21,216 nucleotides of DNA from Sulfolobales archaeon (GTDB lineage Archaea; Thermoproteota; Thermoprotei_A; Sulfolobales; NBVN01): positions 1 through 21,216 of the forward strand of contig JAWBTQ010000020.1 in assembly GCA_038841535.1 (NCBI GenBank), written 5' to 3'. Below, one piece after another: positions 8,551 to 17,348 of this stretch. The position numbers and the translations under genes were made by a program. Every line of letters begins with the position of its first letter. Positions within the stretch are counted from its first letter, which is position 1. The notes beneath the pieces are model-generated. The model searched no databases. It was given only the letters and a program-made list of their open reading frames with translations, and had not been told where the DNA came from.

Positions 8551-9926
8551 GTGTGGATCCACTATCACTTTTAATGGTGCTGGTTCTCTCGGCAGTCTCC
8601 ACGCTTCTATACATATTCGTTGGGATACTTCCTGGAACCGACGAGACAGCTACTATGGCTCCAATAGCTTTAACCCTTCTACTAGCGGGTCTAGACCCGC
8701 TTCTAGTGCTAGTGTGGTTTATAGCGAGTATCGCCGCGTTTAAGATGGCTGACAGCATTCCAGTAGCTCTAGCCGGCATCCCGGGTGGCGTTATGGCAGT
8801 ACCGCAGGTTCCAGACGCAATTGTTGCTAAAGAGCAAGGTCTCGCCGACACCATACTGAGGAAGGGCATAGCTGCCAGCATAGTTGGTCAAGTAGTAGCT
8901 CTAGCAGTAACCCTCTCGATCTCGTACTACCTCATGCCGGCCGGTGACTGGCTGAGGACTGCGGACGTAGTACTCGGAGTTAAGGTAGCTAGATGGTTCT
9001 GGTTAGTGCTTGCCGGTCTCGTAGTTCTCGCACTAACTTCTCGAAGTCGTTACGTAGCGCTTATTTCCATACCATCGTTCGCACTCCTTATTCAGGGCTT
9101 GAGGGGGGTGTACGGGAGAACCATATTCGTGAGCTTCTTTCTGGGAATAACTATAGGTCCAATGCTCTTTGAGCTCCTCTCCATGCTTCACAAGGACTTG
9201 AGGCAGGCATATGCCCGCAGGGGTATGAAGGAGGTGAGATTAGTGAGAATAGGGAAGATAAGCCTCAACCCCCTCAAGATACTAAGTAAAGACGAGCTCA
9301 TCCACTGCTCTGCGTGGTCAGCAGTAACGTCTATTCTAGCGACGGTTATGTCGCCAGTAGGACTAACTATCCTCATAGGTGACTTGCTCAGGGAAAGCAG
9401 TAAAGATAAAACGAGGGGTGCGGTACTAGCTTACACTGTCCGAGACGCCATCAAGAACGCCACGTACATAGGTGGAACCCTCATCCCCTTACTCGTTATA
9501 GGAGAACCTACAGGACCCATGGCGGCAGGACCAGCCGCTCCGTTCTTTCAGAAGCTAGACTCGATCGGGATGTCACCACGGGACTACATAGTTAGTAGAT
9601 ATGATTACCCAACAGTGGTACTCATGCTCTTCATAGCGACAGCTGTGTCGTTTTTCATAGCTTACCCTGTCTTAGTCAAGTACTCGAGGAAGCTGACGTT
9701 GGCGGTATTTAGGAGAGTTCCTGCTGAAGCTCTCTACGGATTATTTATAGCTATAGTGATAATGCTGTCCTACTATGACGCTAAACTAGCTGGAGTATTC
9801 GGTACACTAGTAGTGAGCATGGTCTCGGGGGCACTGTGGAAGCTTGGGGTATCTCTAGGTGTGCTATTTATGACGCTTGTGGCTGCCCCCACCTTAGTTG
9901 GGTTACTCACAGCATTACCACTATGA
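8547..9926 (+). CDS. Tripartite tricarboxylate transporter TctA-family (DUF112-like) permease
   Basis: Polytopic membrane protein with GILPGTDETATMAP, IPVALAGIPGG and the second-half repeat NATYIGGTLIPLLVIGEP. Confidence 0.8.
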   Translation: MSVDPLSLLMVLVLSAVSTLLYIFVGILPGTDETATMAPIALTLLLAGLDPLLVLVWFIASIAAFKMADSIPVALAGIPGGVMAVPQVPDAIVAKEQGLADTILRKGIAASIVGQVVALAVTLSISYYLMPAGDWLRTADVVLGVKVARWFWLVLAGLVVLALTSRSRYVALISIPSFALLIQGLRGVYGRTIFVSFFLGITIGPMLFELLSMLHKDLRQAYARRGMKEVRLVRIGKISLNPLKILSKDELIHCSAWSAVTSILATVMSPVGLTILIGDLLRESSKDKTRGAVLAYTVRDAIKNATYIGGTLIPLLVIGEPTGPMAAGPAAPFFQKLDSIGMSPRDYIVSRYDYPTVVLMLFIATAVSFFIAYPVLVKYSRKLTLAVFRRVPAEALYGLFIAIVIMLSYYDAKLAGVFGTLVVSMVSGALWKLGVSLGVLFMTLVAAPTLVGLLTALPL

Positions 9927-10210
9927 ACGCTGGATGCGCTGATGCTACAGAAGTAGGTTACGCGCCTTAGAGCTGAACTCATTTTGCGTTTGTTACCGAT
10001 AAACTTCAAGACTAATGCTTGCTCTCAAAACTACAAAGAGTTCCTTTACTGTTCGAGGGATTTAGTTCTCGTACTGATTTGTGTAAGTTCCCTCAATGCT
10101 CCTGCTACCGGCAACCCTGCTCACTAAGAAAACAGTAGAAAACAAAAGCCAAGTAACAAGAAAACGCGGACAGTCTCAAGGAGTGCTAGTTCTGCGAGGC
10201 TAGGCAATCA

Positions 10211-10546
10211 CTATGCTTCAAGGTTCTCTATTATTTCCTTTACGAGTTTCTCCCTCAACTCCTGCTTCTTGATTTCGGGGAGTAGGAGTATTCTTGCTAA
10301 AACTCCCAGTAGGCGCTCTATGTTCTGAAGTCTACTGTCTAAGCTCTTAATAGTGTTAGCTAAGTCAGATAAGTGTCCATCGAAGTGCGACATCATGTGA
10401 ACTGCGCTGGCAAGCATTGACGCTACATCAGTCGCCTCCTCCTGAACTCCCAAGTGTTCACCGTGTTCATGTGAGTGTACTTCCTCCTCGCTGTGAATTT
10501 CCTGTACTAACTTGTTTACGTCTTCCTCGCTCTTCGGGATGCTCAT
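10211..10546 (-). CDS. Small hypothetical protein with His/Glu-rich patch and coiled coil
   Basis: HSEEEVHSHEHGEH and HMMSHFDGH, followed by heptads LSDLANTIKSLDSRLQNIERLL. Confidence 0.75.
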   Translation of the reverse strand: MSIPKSEEDVNKLVQEIHSEEEVHSHEHGEHLGVQEEATDVASMLASAVHMMSHFDGHLSDLANTIKSLDSRLQNIERLLGVLARILLLPEIKKQELREKLVKEIIENLEA

Positions 10547-10744
10547 CCTAACAGATTTTTTCTCGGACAGAGTCCCACCGATTAATTCTGCGATGGCGGA
10601 GTATATAGCTACAACTAGAGCCTCATCCGTAGCGTAATAAACTCCTATCTCTACCTAGATATAATTCCAACAACCTAGACTTAAGCGACAGAAGGTTTAT
10701 TACTATGTTCAAGCCGTCTCGAAGTCGAATTAAGGCAGAGTATT

Positions 10745-10762
10745 GAAAAATGTTTATATAAA
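10745..10762 (+). promoter_or_regulatory. BRE/TATA promoter of the luxE-luxC-SDR operon
   Basis: GAAAAA-TG-TTTATATA, with the TATA at 10753-10760, about 30 nt before an in-frame TTG at 10791. Confidence 0.65.
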
Positions 10763-10790
10763 GTTATTTAATATTAAGTGGGTTGCTAGC

Positions 10791-12080
10791 TTGAGTGAAA
10801 AGGATCTTCCGACTTTAGACGAAATACACAAGTACTCGACTAAGAGCAAGTTGCTGGAGGATCCATACGTAAAAAAAGTTTGGGACCTTTCCGGAGATCC
10901 GGACCTCTTCAGTAAGTCCCCTGATTACCTGGCTAAGCTGAGGCGCGACCTTTTAAGAGAATCACTGCGGTTTTTTATTAGAAAAAGCAGGTTTTATGCT
11001 GATTTAATGGAGAGACTTGAGGTGGATCCCGGGGCAGCTGAAGTAGAGGACTTAGTCAAGCTAGCTGTTCCCTCAGAACTACTCAGAGGTGAGGGATACA
11101 GGAGGCTGCTAATAGAGGACGTACTCGAAGAACCTGGTCACGTGTTCTCGTCTAGTGGGACTAGCTCCTCTATCCCCGTGAGAGTCTATAGAACATACCT
11201 TGAGCTAGCGATGATGGTTAAAGCCAACACACGGCTTTTTGAGTATGTATATGGAGGCACACTCAAAGAGGGTAGAGGCATTGCCCTGTTTCTAGCAGCT
11301 AAAGAACTCCGTAATCAGCTAAACTTTGTAGCCTTTGTAGACCTCGCACTGCAGGGAAAGAAGATACCACTAGTATATGGAATGGACTTAGTAGTTGGGA
11401 CAGGAGAGGGAGGGTCTAAGTGGACTAAACTAGTGCCAAACAAGAACAGGGTACTGGAGTTCCTTAAAAGTAAGGAAGAACCTAAGCTATTCTTCACGGC
11501 TCCAGCAGGCGTGTACTTACTATCAAAGCAGATGATTGAGATGAACTCACTTAAGAGAGTGATATATAGGCTTGCTACAGGAGCACCACCAGTAGACCTT
11601 GGTCGGGGTGGGGTCGTAGTAACCGGTGGGGGATCGAAGGGAATGGACGTACCTCCCTATGCCGATATAGTAAGCTACTCTAGGAAGGTGTTTAAGGCTA
11701 GAAACGAGAGAGGTGATCTAGTCGACGCCCCATTTATGGACGTTCTCGGCATGACCGAGACTCTCACTGCCTTAATAGACAAATACGGAGTTATGAACAA
11801 AGTACCTCACCCACTACAAGAGGTCTTCATCGTCGACCCAAAGACCTATAAGATAGTTAATGAGCCTGGTAAGGAAGGAATCCTAGGGATATACGATCCC
11901 CTCGCAGTATCATGGCTCGAGGTGTTCCTGCCCGGAGACATCGTCAAGTTCTATGAGTCCGGCAGATACTATGGAAGGGAGCTCGTTTACGTTAGGAGGC
12001 TGACGAAAGAGGAAGGATGGGACCTTCAGAGAGCCTGCGGAGGTACTATAGAGGAGATGATGAGGAGGGGAAGCTCATAG
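10791..12080 (+). CDS. LuxE-family acyl-protein synthetase (adenylate-forming)
   Basis: P-loop FSSSGTSS, TGGGSKG, DVLGMTE, PGD and RRL motifs. The only cysteine is near the C-terminus (QRACGG), the position of the acylated Cys in LuxE. Start moved from 10743 to TTG 10791 because the promoter lies inside the longer ORF. Confidence 0.82.
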   Translation: MSEKDLPTLDEIHKYSTKSKLLEDPYVKKVWDLSGDPDLFSKSPDYLAKLRRDLLRESLRFFIRKSRFYADLMERLEVDPGAAEVEDLVKLAVPSELLRGEGYRRLLIEDVLEEPGHVFSSSGTSSSIPVRVYRTYLELAMMVKANTRLFEYVYGGTLKEGRGIALFLAAKELRNQLNFVAFVDLALQGKKIPLVYGMDLVVGTGEGGSKWTKLVPNKNRVLEFLKSKEEPKLFFTAPAGVYLLSKQMIEMNSLKRVIYRLATGAPPVDLGRGGVVVTGGGSKGMDVPPYADIVSYSRKVFKARNERGDLVDAPFMDVLGMTETLTALIDKYGVMNKVPHPLQEVFIVDPKTYKIVNEPGKEGILGIYDPLAVSWLEVFLPGDIVKFYESGRYYGRELVYVRRLTKEEGWDLQRACGGTIEEMMRRGSS

Positions 12081-12116
12081 CTCTCTCCATTCAACGCCGT
12101 TAATGGAGTGTAGCCT

Positions 12117-13535
12117 ATGCCGATGATAGCGGCACTAGAACCCAGCGAGGAGTCTCTCAAGTCTCTCCTAGCTACTAGTAGGGAGGTTGTTCAGGAGCTA
12201 CTAGAGCTCGGATTCGATAGGAGGGCTAGAGTGCTTCACAGTGTGGGTAATTTGTGGAGAGAAAAGCTCGAGTCTGGTGAACTCGATGAGTTAGTTAAAG
12301 AACTTACTAAGTCGACTGGGTATAGCGTTAAAAACGTAGAGCTAGACCTCTACTTCGTCTCCGAGGTGCTTAACGAGGTGTCTCTCAGGGGGCTCTTCGA
12401 GGGCAGTCTAGTAGGCGGCTACAGGAGTATCGACTCACCAGTCGAAGTCGCTCCCGGGGAATTTGTTTGGAACAGACCCATGGGAACGGTCTTCATCATC
12501 GCATCAGGCAACAGCATGGTGCCACCAGTTCTAGCTGCTTCAACATCTATTCTAGCTGGAAATCTAACGATCCTCAGACCGTCGCAAAGCAACCTCGTGG
12601 CTGTAGGCAAGGTCTTTGAGCTACTTTCAGAGCTCGCCTCAACTGGGTCCTTTGAAGCGAGTGTGCTGAGTAGGGCTGCACAAGTTCTCTACATGAGCCA
12701 CGATAGTCCGGCCTTAAGGTACCTACTCGAAGAGGCACCACTGTCAGTAGTAAACTACTGGGGAGGAGAGCCTGGAAGGTCTAGAGTTCTATCGATGACT
12801 GTGAGAAACCCGCATAGGCCGAGAGTAGTAATTAACGGACCCTTAACTGGGGTAGCTATAGTAGACGAGGAGAGTGCTGACTCGGAAACCGCTAGGAGGC
12901 TGGCTAGAGACGTAGTTCTGTACGACCAGCAGCTGTGTAGTTCTCCAACGTTCTTGCTGTTCGTAGGGTCGCGCGAGCTCCTCTTAGACTTCACTAAAAG
13001 ACTGGCTAAAGCGCTCGATGAAGTAGGAAGTAGGTTCCCCATCGAACTCAGTGAGGGCTCTTTCTACAGGCTTCACACTTTTAGAAAGTCCTTAGAGCTC
13101 AAGGGAGTTGATGTGTTTTACTCTAGGTCTGCCCACAATCCTTGGACCCTAGTAGTGCGCAAGTTAAATGATGTCGGAGCCTTTACTACAGAATGGGGGA
13201 CTTACAGTAGGAGGGTCTTAGAGGTAATTCAAGTAGAGAGCCTCGAGGGTCTTAGCAGGGGCTTAGAGTACGTCTTGAATAAGCTTAGAAAGATGGGTGT
13301 CGACGGAGTTCAAACAGCTTCATGCTCTGTGAGTAAGGACAGACTCTCAAGCATTTTAGGTATTCTAAGCAAGTACGGGGTATACAGAGTCGTACCTGCT
13401 GGTGAGTCCTTCTTGAGGACTCCTGCCGAGCCATACGACGGTGAATTCATAGCGAAGTACTACACGTACACCGTGTACATAAGAGTGAAGGATAAGCTAG
13501 GAGAATTGGTTGCTAGAGGTGCTGGAATACCTTGA
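12117..13535 (+). CDS. LuxC-family acyl-CoA/acyl-protein reductase (ALDH fold)
   Basis: PMGTVFIIASGNS, GNLTILRPS, NYWGG, catalytic YDQQLCSSP (Cys274), VQT, and GVYRVVPAG...PYDG, a LuxC-type C-terminus. Confidence 0.87.
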   Translation: MPMIAALEPSEESLKSLLATSREVVQELLELGFDRRARVLHSVGNLWREKLESGELDELVKELTKSTGYSVKNVELDLYFVSEVLNEVSLRGLFEGSLVGGYRSIDSPVEVAPGEFVWNRPMGTVFIIASGNSMVPPVLAASTSILAGNLTILRPSQSNLVAVGKVFELLSELASTGSFEASVLSRAAQVLYMSHDSPALRYLLEEAPLSVVNYWGGEPGRSRVLSMTVRNPHRPRVVINGPLTGVAIVDEESADSETARRLARDVVLYDQQLCSSPTFLLFVGSRELLLDFTKRLAKALDEVGSRFPIELSEGSFYRLHTFRKSLELKGVDVFYSRSAHNPWTLVVRKLNDVGAFTTEWGTYSRRVLEVIQVESLEGLSRGLEYVLNKLRKMGVDGVQTASCSVSKDRLSSILGILSKYGVYRVVPAGESFLRTPAEPYDGEFIAKYYTYTVYIRVKDKLGELVARGAGIP

Positions 13536-14542
13536 GAGTACTGGTAACGGGGGCATCCGGGTTTCTAGGGTCTTACGTCGTTAGAGCTCTCGTAGAGCGC
13601 GGCTACAGTGTTGTCGGAACCTACAGGACTCCGGGAAAAGATAGGAGAGTTCTTGAGCTTGGAGCGAGAGCCGTTATGATGGACCTGCTGAACCCTGAAA
13701 CCATCAAGTCCGCAGTAAGGAATGTGGACGCTGTTATCCATTTAGCAGCGTACTACACCTTCGTAGGTAAGAAGGAGCTCTACTGGAAAATAAACGTCGA
13801 GGGAACGAGAACTCTAGCTGAAGTAGCTCTAGACTCCGGAGTTCGGAGGTTTATATACTGCAGTAGCACAGAAGCTATAGGCCCCGTCGATAATCCGCCA
13901 GCAGATGAAACAACACAACCTAATCCTCAGTTCGAGTATGGAAAGTCGAAGCTAGAAGCAGAGCGAGTGCTGGGCTTGCTTGGACGGAAGGGGTTGGAGT
14001 TCACTATTGTTAGACCCAGTGGACTCTACGGTCCAGGAAACCTCGAGGACGTTTCGTACTGGTTTATAGTTAGCTTCTCAAGAGGGGGGATCTACTCGAA
14101 GTTCATGGTTGGAGATGGTCAAACACTCGTTCAGTTTGCTCACGCTCTCGATGCTGCTAGAGCCTTCGTACTGGCACTCGAGAAGTCGAGCGTATCAGTT
14201 GGGCAGACCTACATAGTTTCTGAAGATAGAGCGTATACTTACGCGGAAGTCTATAGAATACTTGGAGAACTAGTTGGGAGAAACCCGCCGAGGTACTCTC
14301 TTCCACCAAAGCTAGCTAAAGTGCTTCTCACGTTCACTGAGCTATACGATACTGCTAGACGTGGAGAGAACCTGCTCTATAGGAGGGCCATCGTTGACGC
14401 AGTAACTAAGCACAGAGCTTACAGAATAGATAAAGCCAAGCGGGAGCTAGGGTACTACCCGGTATACGACCTAAGGACAGGATTGCGAGAGACTATCGAC
14501 TGGTATAGGTCCGTAGGTGAGCTTCCGAAAGTGGGGCGGTAG
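13532..14542 (+). CDS. Extended SDR NAD(P)-dependent epimerase/dehydratase/reductase (3-beta-HSD/OleD-like)
   Basis: VLVTGASGFLG, HLAA, NVEGT, CSS, YGKSK, RPSGLYGPG and KAKRELGY motifs. Overlaps the luxC-like stop by 4 nt (TTGA). Confidence 0.92.
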   Translation: MRVLVTGASGFLGSYVVRALVERGYSVVGTYRTPGKDRRVLELGARAVMMDLLNPETIKSAVRNVDAVIHLAAYYTFVGKKELYWKINVEGTRTLAEVALDSGVRRFIYCSSTEAIGPVDNPPADETTQPNPQFEYGKSKLEAERVLGLLGRKGLEFTIVRPSGLYGPGNLEDVSYWFIVSFSRGGIYSKFMVGDGQTLVQFAHALDAARAFVLALEKSSVSVGQTYIVSEDRAYTYAEVYRILGELVGRNPPRYSLPPKLAKVLLTFTELYDTARRGENLLYRRAIVDAVTKHRAYRIDKAKRELGYYPVYDLRTGLRETIDWYRSVGELPKVGR

Positions 14543-14603
14543 GGATAATCCTCATAGCTAGTACTACTACAGTCATCGAATGACCTAGGGCTTCCTACTG
14601 AAT

Positions 14604-15653
14604 TCAACTAATAGGCTTCAGTGCGATACTATGACGCTCTTCAATATCCGCTAACACTCTTCTGCTCGTAAATAGGAGCCCTAAGTACCCTATAAAGACC
14701 AAGACTATCCCAATACCGATTAGGGCAGTCGATAATCCCGCAACTAGCGACACTAGAGAGGATCTGAATAATTTACTCCTACTTATTTTAAAGGCATCTC
14801 GGATTACTGGGTAAGCTATTGCCACAGCTGCGAGTAGAGATACGTAGGACAGCAAGATGAATATACTGATTGCTTCCGGTGGAACTCTGCTCGCCAGTGA
14901 AGCCAGCTCGTTTATAAACTGAGTATAGGTGGTACTGAAGAGCGTGGTGGAGATAATTGAGAATGCCAGTGCTGCCCTCAATCTCAGCCTGTAGCTAGAG
15001 AATATTGTAGACAGACCTGATATTACCAAATACACGCCGATGAGGGTCAATACAAAGAAAGCACAGTACATATCCATGCTCTTAATAGGGAGCGCTGTGG
15101 ACCCAAGCCCGAGTGCTACTAGCCCAGTCAGTACTCTAGCCGTCCCCGGTGTACGGTTGGAATATGCTACCCCGTGTGTATAAGTTAAGTAGAGTGCTGA
15201 CCCAGCATAGAAGATTAGTCCGTAGAGTGCGTATAGTTCTACTGAGTACTTAGAGATGTACATGATGTTCTCTGAGTAGGGTCTAAACGGCTTTATGTCG
15301 TGATAGATAGGTGCGTCCATTAAGACATGTATAAACCACCCTACGATACCTCCCAAAACATAGGATCTAAGCGAGTCACAGTAGTTACACAGACCCAAGT
15401 CAGAAAGCAAGAGCTTAACGTAACCTCTAGCAAAGTACAATACGAAACCCACTAGAGCACCTAGAGCTACTGAAGCTACGAATGTGTGGGCGTATCCATG
15501 GAGATCGTCACCCGTCCTAGTAACTACTACAGCAATGGGCTCTACGTCAACGACAAAAACTGAGCAAATCAGGAGTGCTGCCCAGCAGACCTTTTTACGC
15601 AGGACATAACCTATTAGTAAGGCTGAGCCTAGGTGGTAAGTAGTAAAAGGCAC
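14604..15653 (-). CDS. Membrane-bound metal-dependent hydrolase (YdjM/DUF4184-like) with extra C-terminal TM domain
   Basis: MPFTTYH, VDVEP, LHGYAHTF and HVLMD motifs, followed by about six additional hydrophobic helices. Confidence 0.72.
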   Translation of the reverse strand: MPFTTYHLGSALLIGYVLRKKVCWAALLICSVFVVDVEPIAVVVTRTGDDLHGYAHTFVASVALGALVGFVLYFARGYVKLLLSDLGLCNYCDSLRSYVLGGIVGWFIHVLMDAPIYHDIKPFRPYSENIMYISKYSVELYALYGLIFYAGSALYLTYTHGVAYSNRTPGTARVLTGLVALGLGSTALPIKSMDMYCAFFVLTLIGVYLVISGLSTIFSSYRLRLRAALAFSIISTTLFSTTYTQFINELASLASRVPPEAISIFILLSYVSLLAAVAIAYPVIRDAFKISRSKLFRSSLVSLVAGLSTALIGIGIVLVFIGYLGLLFTSRRVLADIEERHSIALKPIS

Positions 15654-15778
15654 TCATTTCCCTGCCAAAGACTATTTACAAGAGTTAATATATCGCCTCA
15701 TCCCCCCCGGTCTACATTAATGATCGTTTTGCGAGAACAGAGATGCCTAAATAGCTATGCGTTAAACTTCGTAATGGT

Positions 15779-17035
15779 GTGGAGTCCTTGAATAGGGGAG
15801 GCAGTGGCTTAAGTCTAGCGGGTGCTGATACGAAAGCTGAGGCATCTGATACTCTGGGTAAGCGCAACATTGTTTTAGCTGTTTTACTGGCTTCTTACAG
15901 CCTAGTCTACTTTCATCGAACCATGTCCGGGGTTATGGAGGCTGAGATTGCTTCGATCTCGGTGAGGTATGGTTATGACCCAGCTCTCTATCTATCTCTC
16001 CTCTCGTCAGCCTACTTTTACGCTTACTCTCTATCGCAGTTCGTAGTTGGGTCCCTCATCGATTACTACGGAATTAAGAGAGTTGGCTCTATATTCCTAT
16101 TTCTGCTGGCTCTTGGAACTCTACTCATGATGGTACCAGATTCTCTAGTCATGATACTAGGTAGAGTAGTAGTCGGATTTATGTCTGTCGCTGCGTTTCT
16201 CTCCTACCAAAGGTCTCTTTCTCTATATTACAGAACTGAGGAACAGGTAAGAGCTACGGCATTAGCTCTTGTTGCTGGAAACCTTACAGCAGCTATAGCG
16301 ACGTACCCTCTGAGGCGCGCTCTTGACTCTATAGGATTAAATGGAACACTAACGCTACTAGCTGCGTTTACACTACTTCTCTCTGCGGTAGTATACTTAG
16401 CGTCAGCGGATACGAGATCCGGTGGGAGTCTCGGGGAGTACTCAGCTAAGACAAGGGGCAGTCTGCGTAAGGTAGTATCCGACAAGCACAGCTGGGGTGT
16501 TAGCTTAGGCGCTCTGGCTACCTACGGCACGGGTCTCTCCTTTCAATCTTCCTGGGGTCAGATACTTCTATCTAAGGCTTTCAGCCTAGACAAGGTTGAA
16601 GTCAGCTTCTATCTACTTATGCTGGCAACAGTGTTCATGGCTTCGTGCCCAATCGCTGGATACCTTAGTGATAAGGTAATCAAGAAGAGGAAGCCCTTCC
16701 TAGTAGCTTCCTCAGTGCTAATGGCTTTTTCTTGGTTGCTGCTACTAGCTTCATCGATTTCGAGGAGCATACTTCACCTCAGTGTTGCTCTGGTAAGTTT
16801 GGGAGTGTCCCTAGGTCCACACATAGTCATATCAGTTATGATTAGGGAGGCTCATGAACGCACTGTAGCAGCTACATCGGTCGCCTTTATGAATACTGTT
16901 CTATTCCTTGGAACAGCGTTTCTTAACAGCATACTGCCACAGCTAGATTACCGCACTGCTGTTGTAGTTAGTGCTGCTCTATCAGCTATTGGAGGAATAC
17001 TGGTGCAGTTACTTACACGAGAGACATACACTTGA
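15779..17035 (+). CDS. Major facilitator superfamily transporter
   Basis: About 12 TM helices, with motif A copies GSLIDYYGIKR and GYLSDKVIKKRK, plus YFHR and GRVVVG. Confidence 0.93.
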   Translation: MESLNRGGSGLSLAGADTKAEASDTLGKRNIVLAVLLASYSLVYFHRTMSGVMEAEIASISVRYGYDPALYLSLLSSAYFYAYSLSQFVVGSLIDYYGIKRVGSIFLFLLALGTLLMMVPDSLVMILGRVVVGFMSVAAFLSYQRSLSLYYRTEEQVRATALALVAGNLTAAIATYPLRRALDSIGLNGTLTLLAAFTLLLSAVVYLASADTRSGGSLGEYSAKTRGSLRKVVSDKHSWGVSLGALATYGTGLSFQSSWGQILLSKAFSLDKVEVSFYLLMLATVFMASCPIAGYLSDKVIKKRKPFLVASSVLMAFSWLLLLASSISRSILHLSVALVSLGVSLGPHIVISVMIREAHERTVAATSVAFMNTVLFLGTAFLNSILPQLDYRTAVVVSAALSAIGGILVQLLTRETYT

Positions 17036-17348
17036 AACTGTTAATTGCTAGTGGAGCCATAAAGCAGTCTGCTATCCTAGGCAGTGGTTGCTGTTGTTTA
17101 CTATCCAGAGTGTCTTAGTTTTTTCTGGACGCAGGCTCCCCTACTCCCATTCACTAGCCGTAGAGTCATCAAGAGAAGCATCAGTGTGCACCACAAGGCT
17201 AATCCCTCCAGCCCCTGCGGCGGCGGGGCTACAGAAAGCTTAGTACCAGCTCCCAATCAACCCAGGCAGCTAAACTACCTTAAAGCCTTCAACAAGAAAG
17301 CAGTCCACTTGAACATTTAGTTACAGTATTGTCTTCAGTAGGTCCTCA

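Noticed and set aside
10547-10654. 36-codon open in-frame extension upstream of the His-rich ORF
   Set aside because: It is bounded by TAG and contains no ATG/GTG/TTG, so it is consistent with chance.
10791-13535. Archaeal bioluminescence
   Set aside because: No luxA/luxB luciferase, luxD or luxG in the window, and LuxC/LuxE homologs occur widely outside luminous bacteria.
991-14542. Functional link between uppS and the LuxE/LuxC/SDR operon (polyprenol/dolichol redox chemistry)
   Set aside because: The genes are about 9 kb apart with unrelated genes between them; nothing in the sequence supports the link.
17084-17320. 78-aa intergenic ORF
   Set aside because: No recognisable motif or RBS, and it crosses the GC-rich hairpin; probably spurious.
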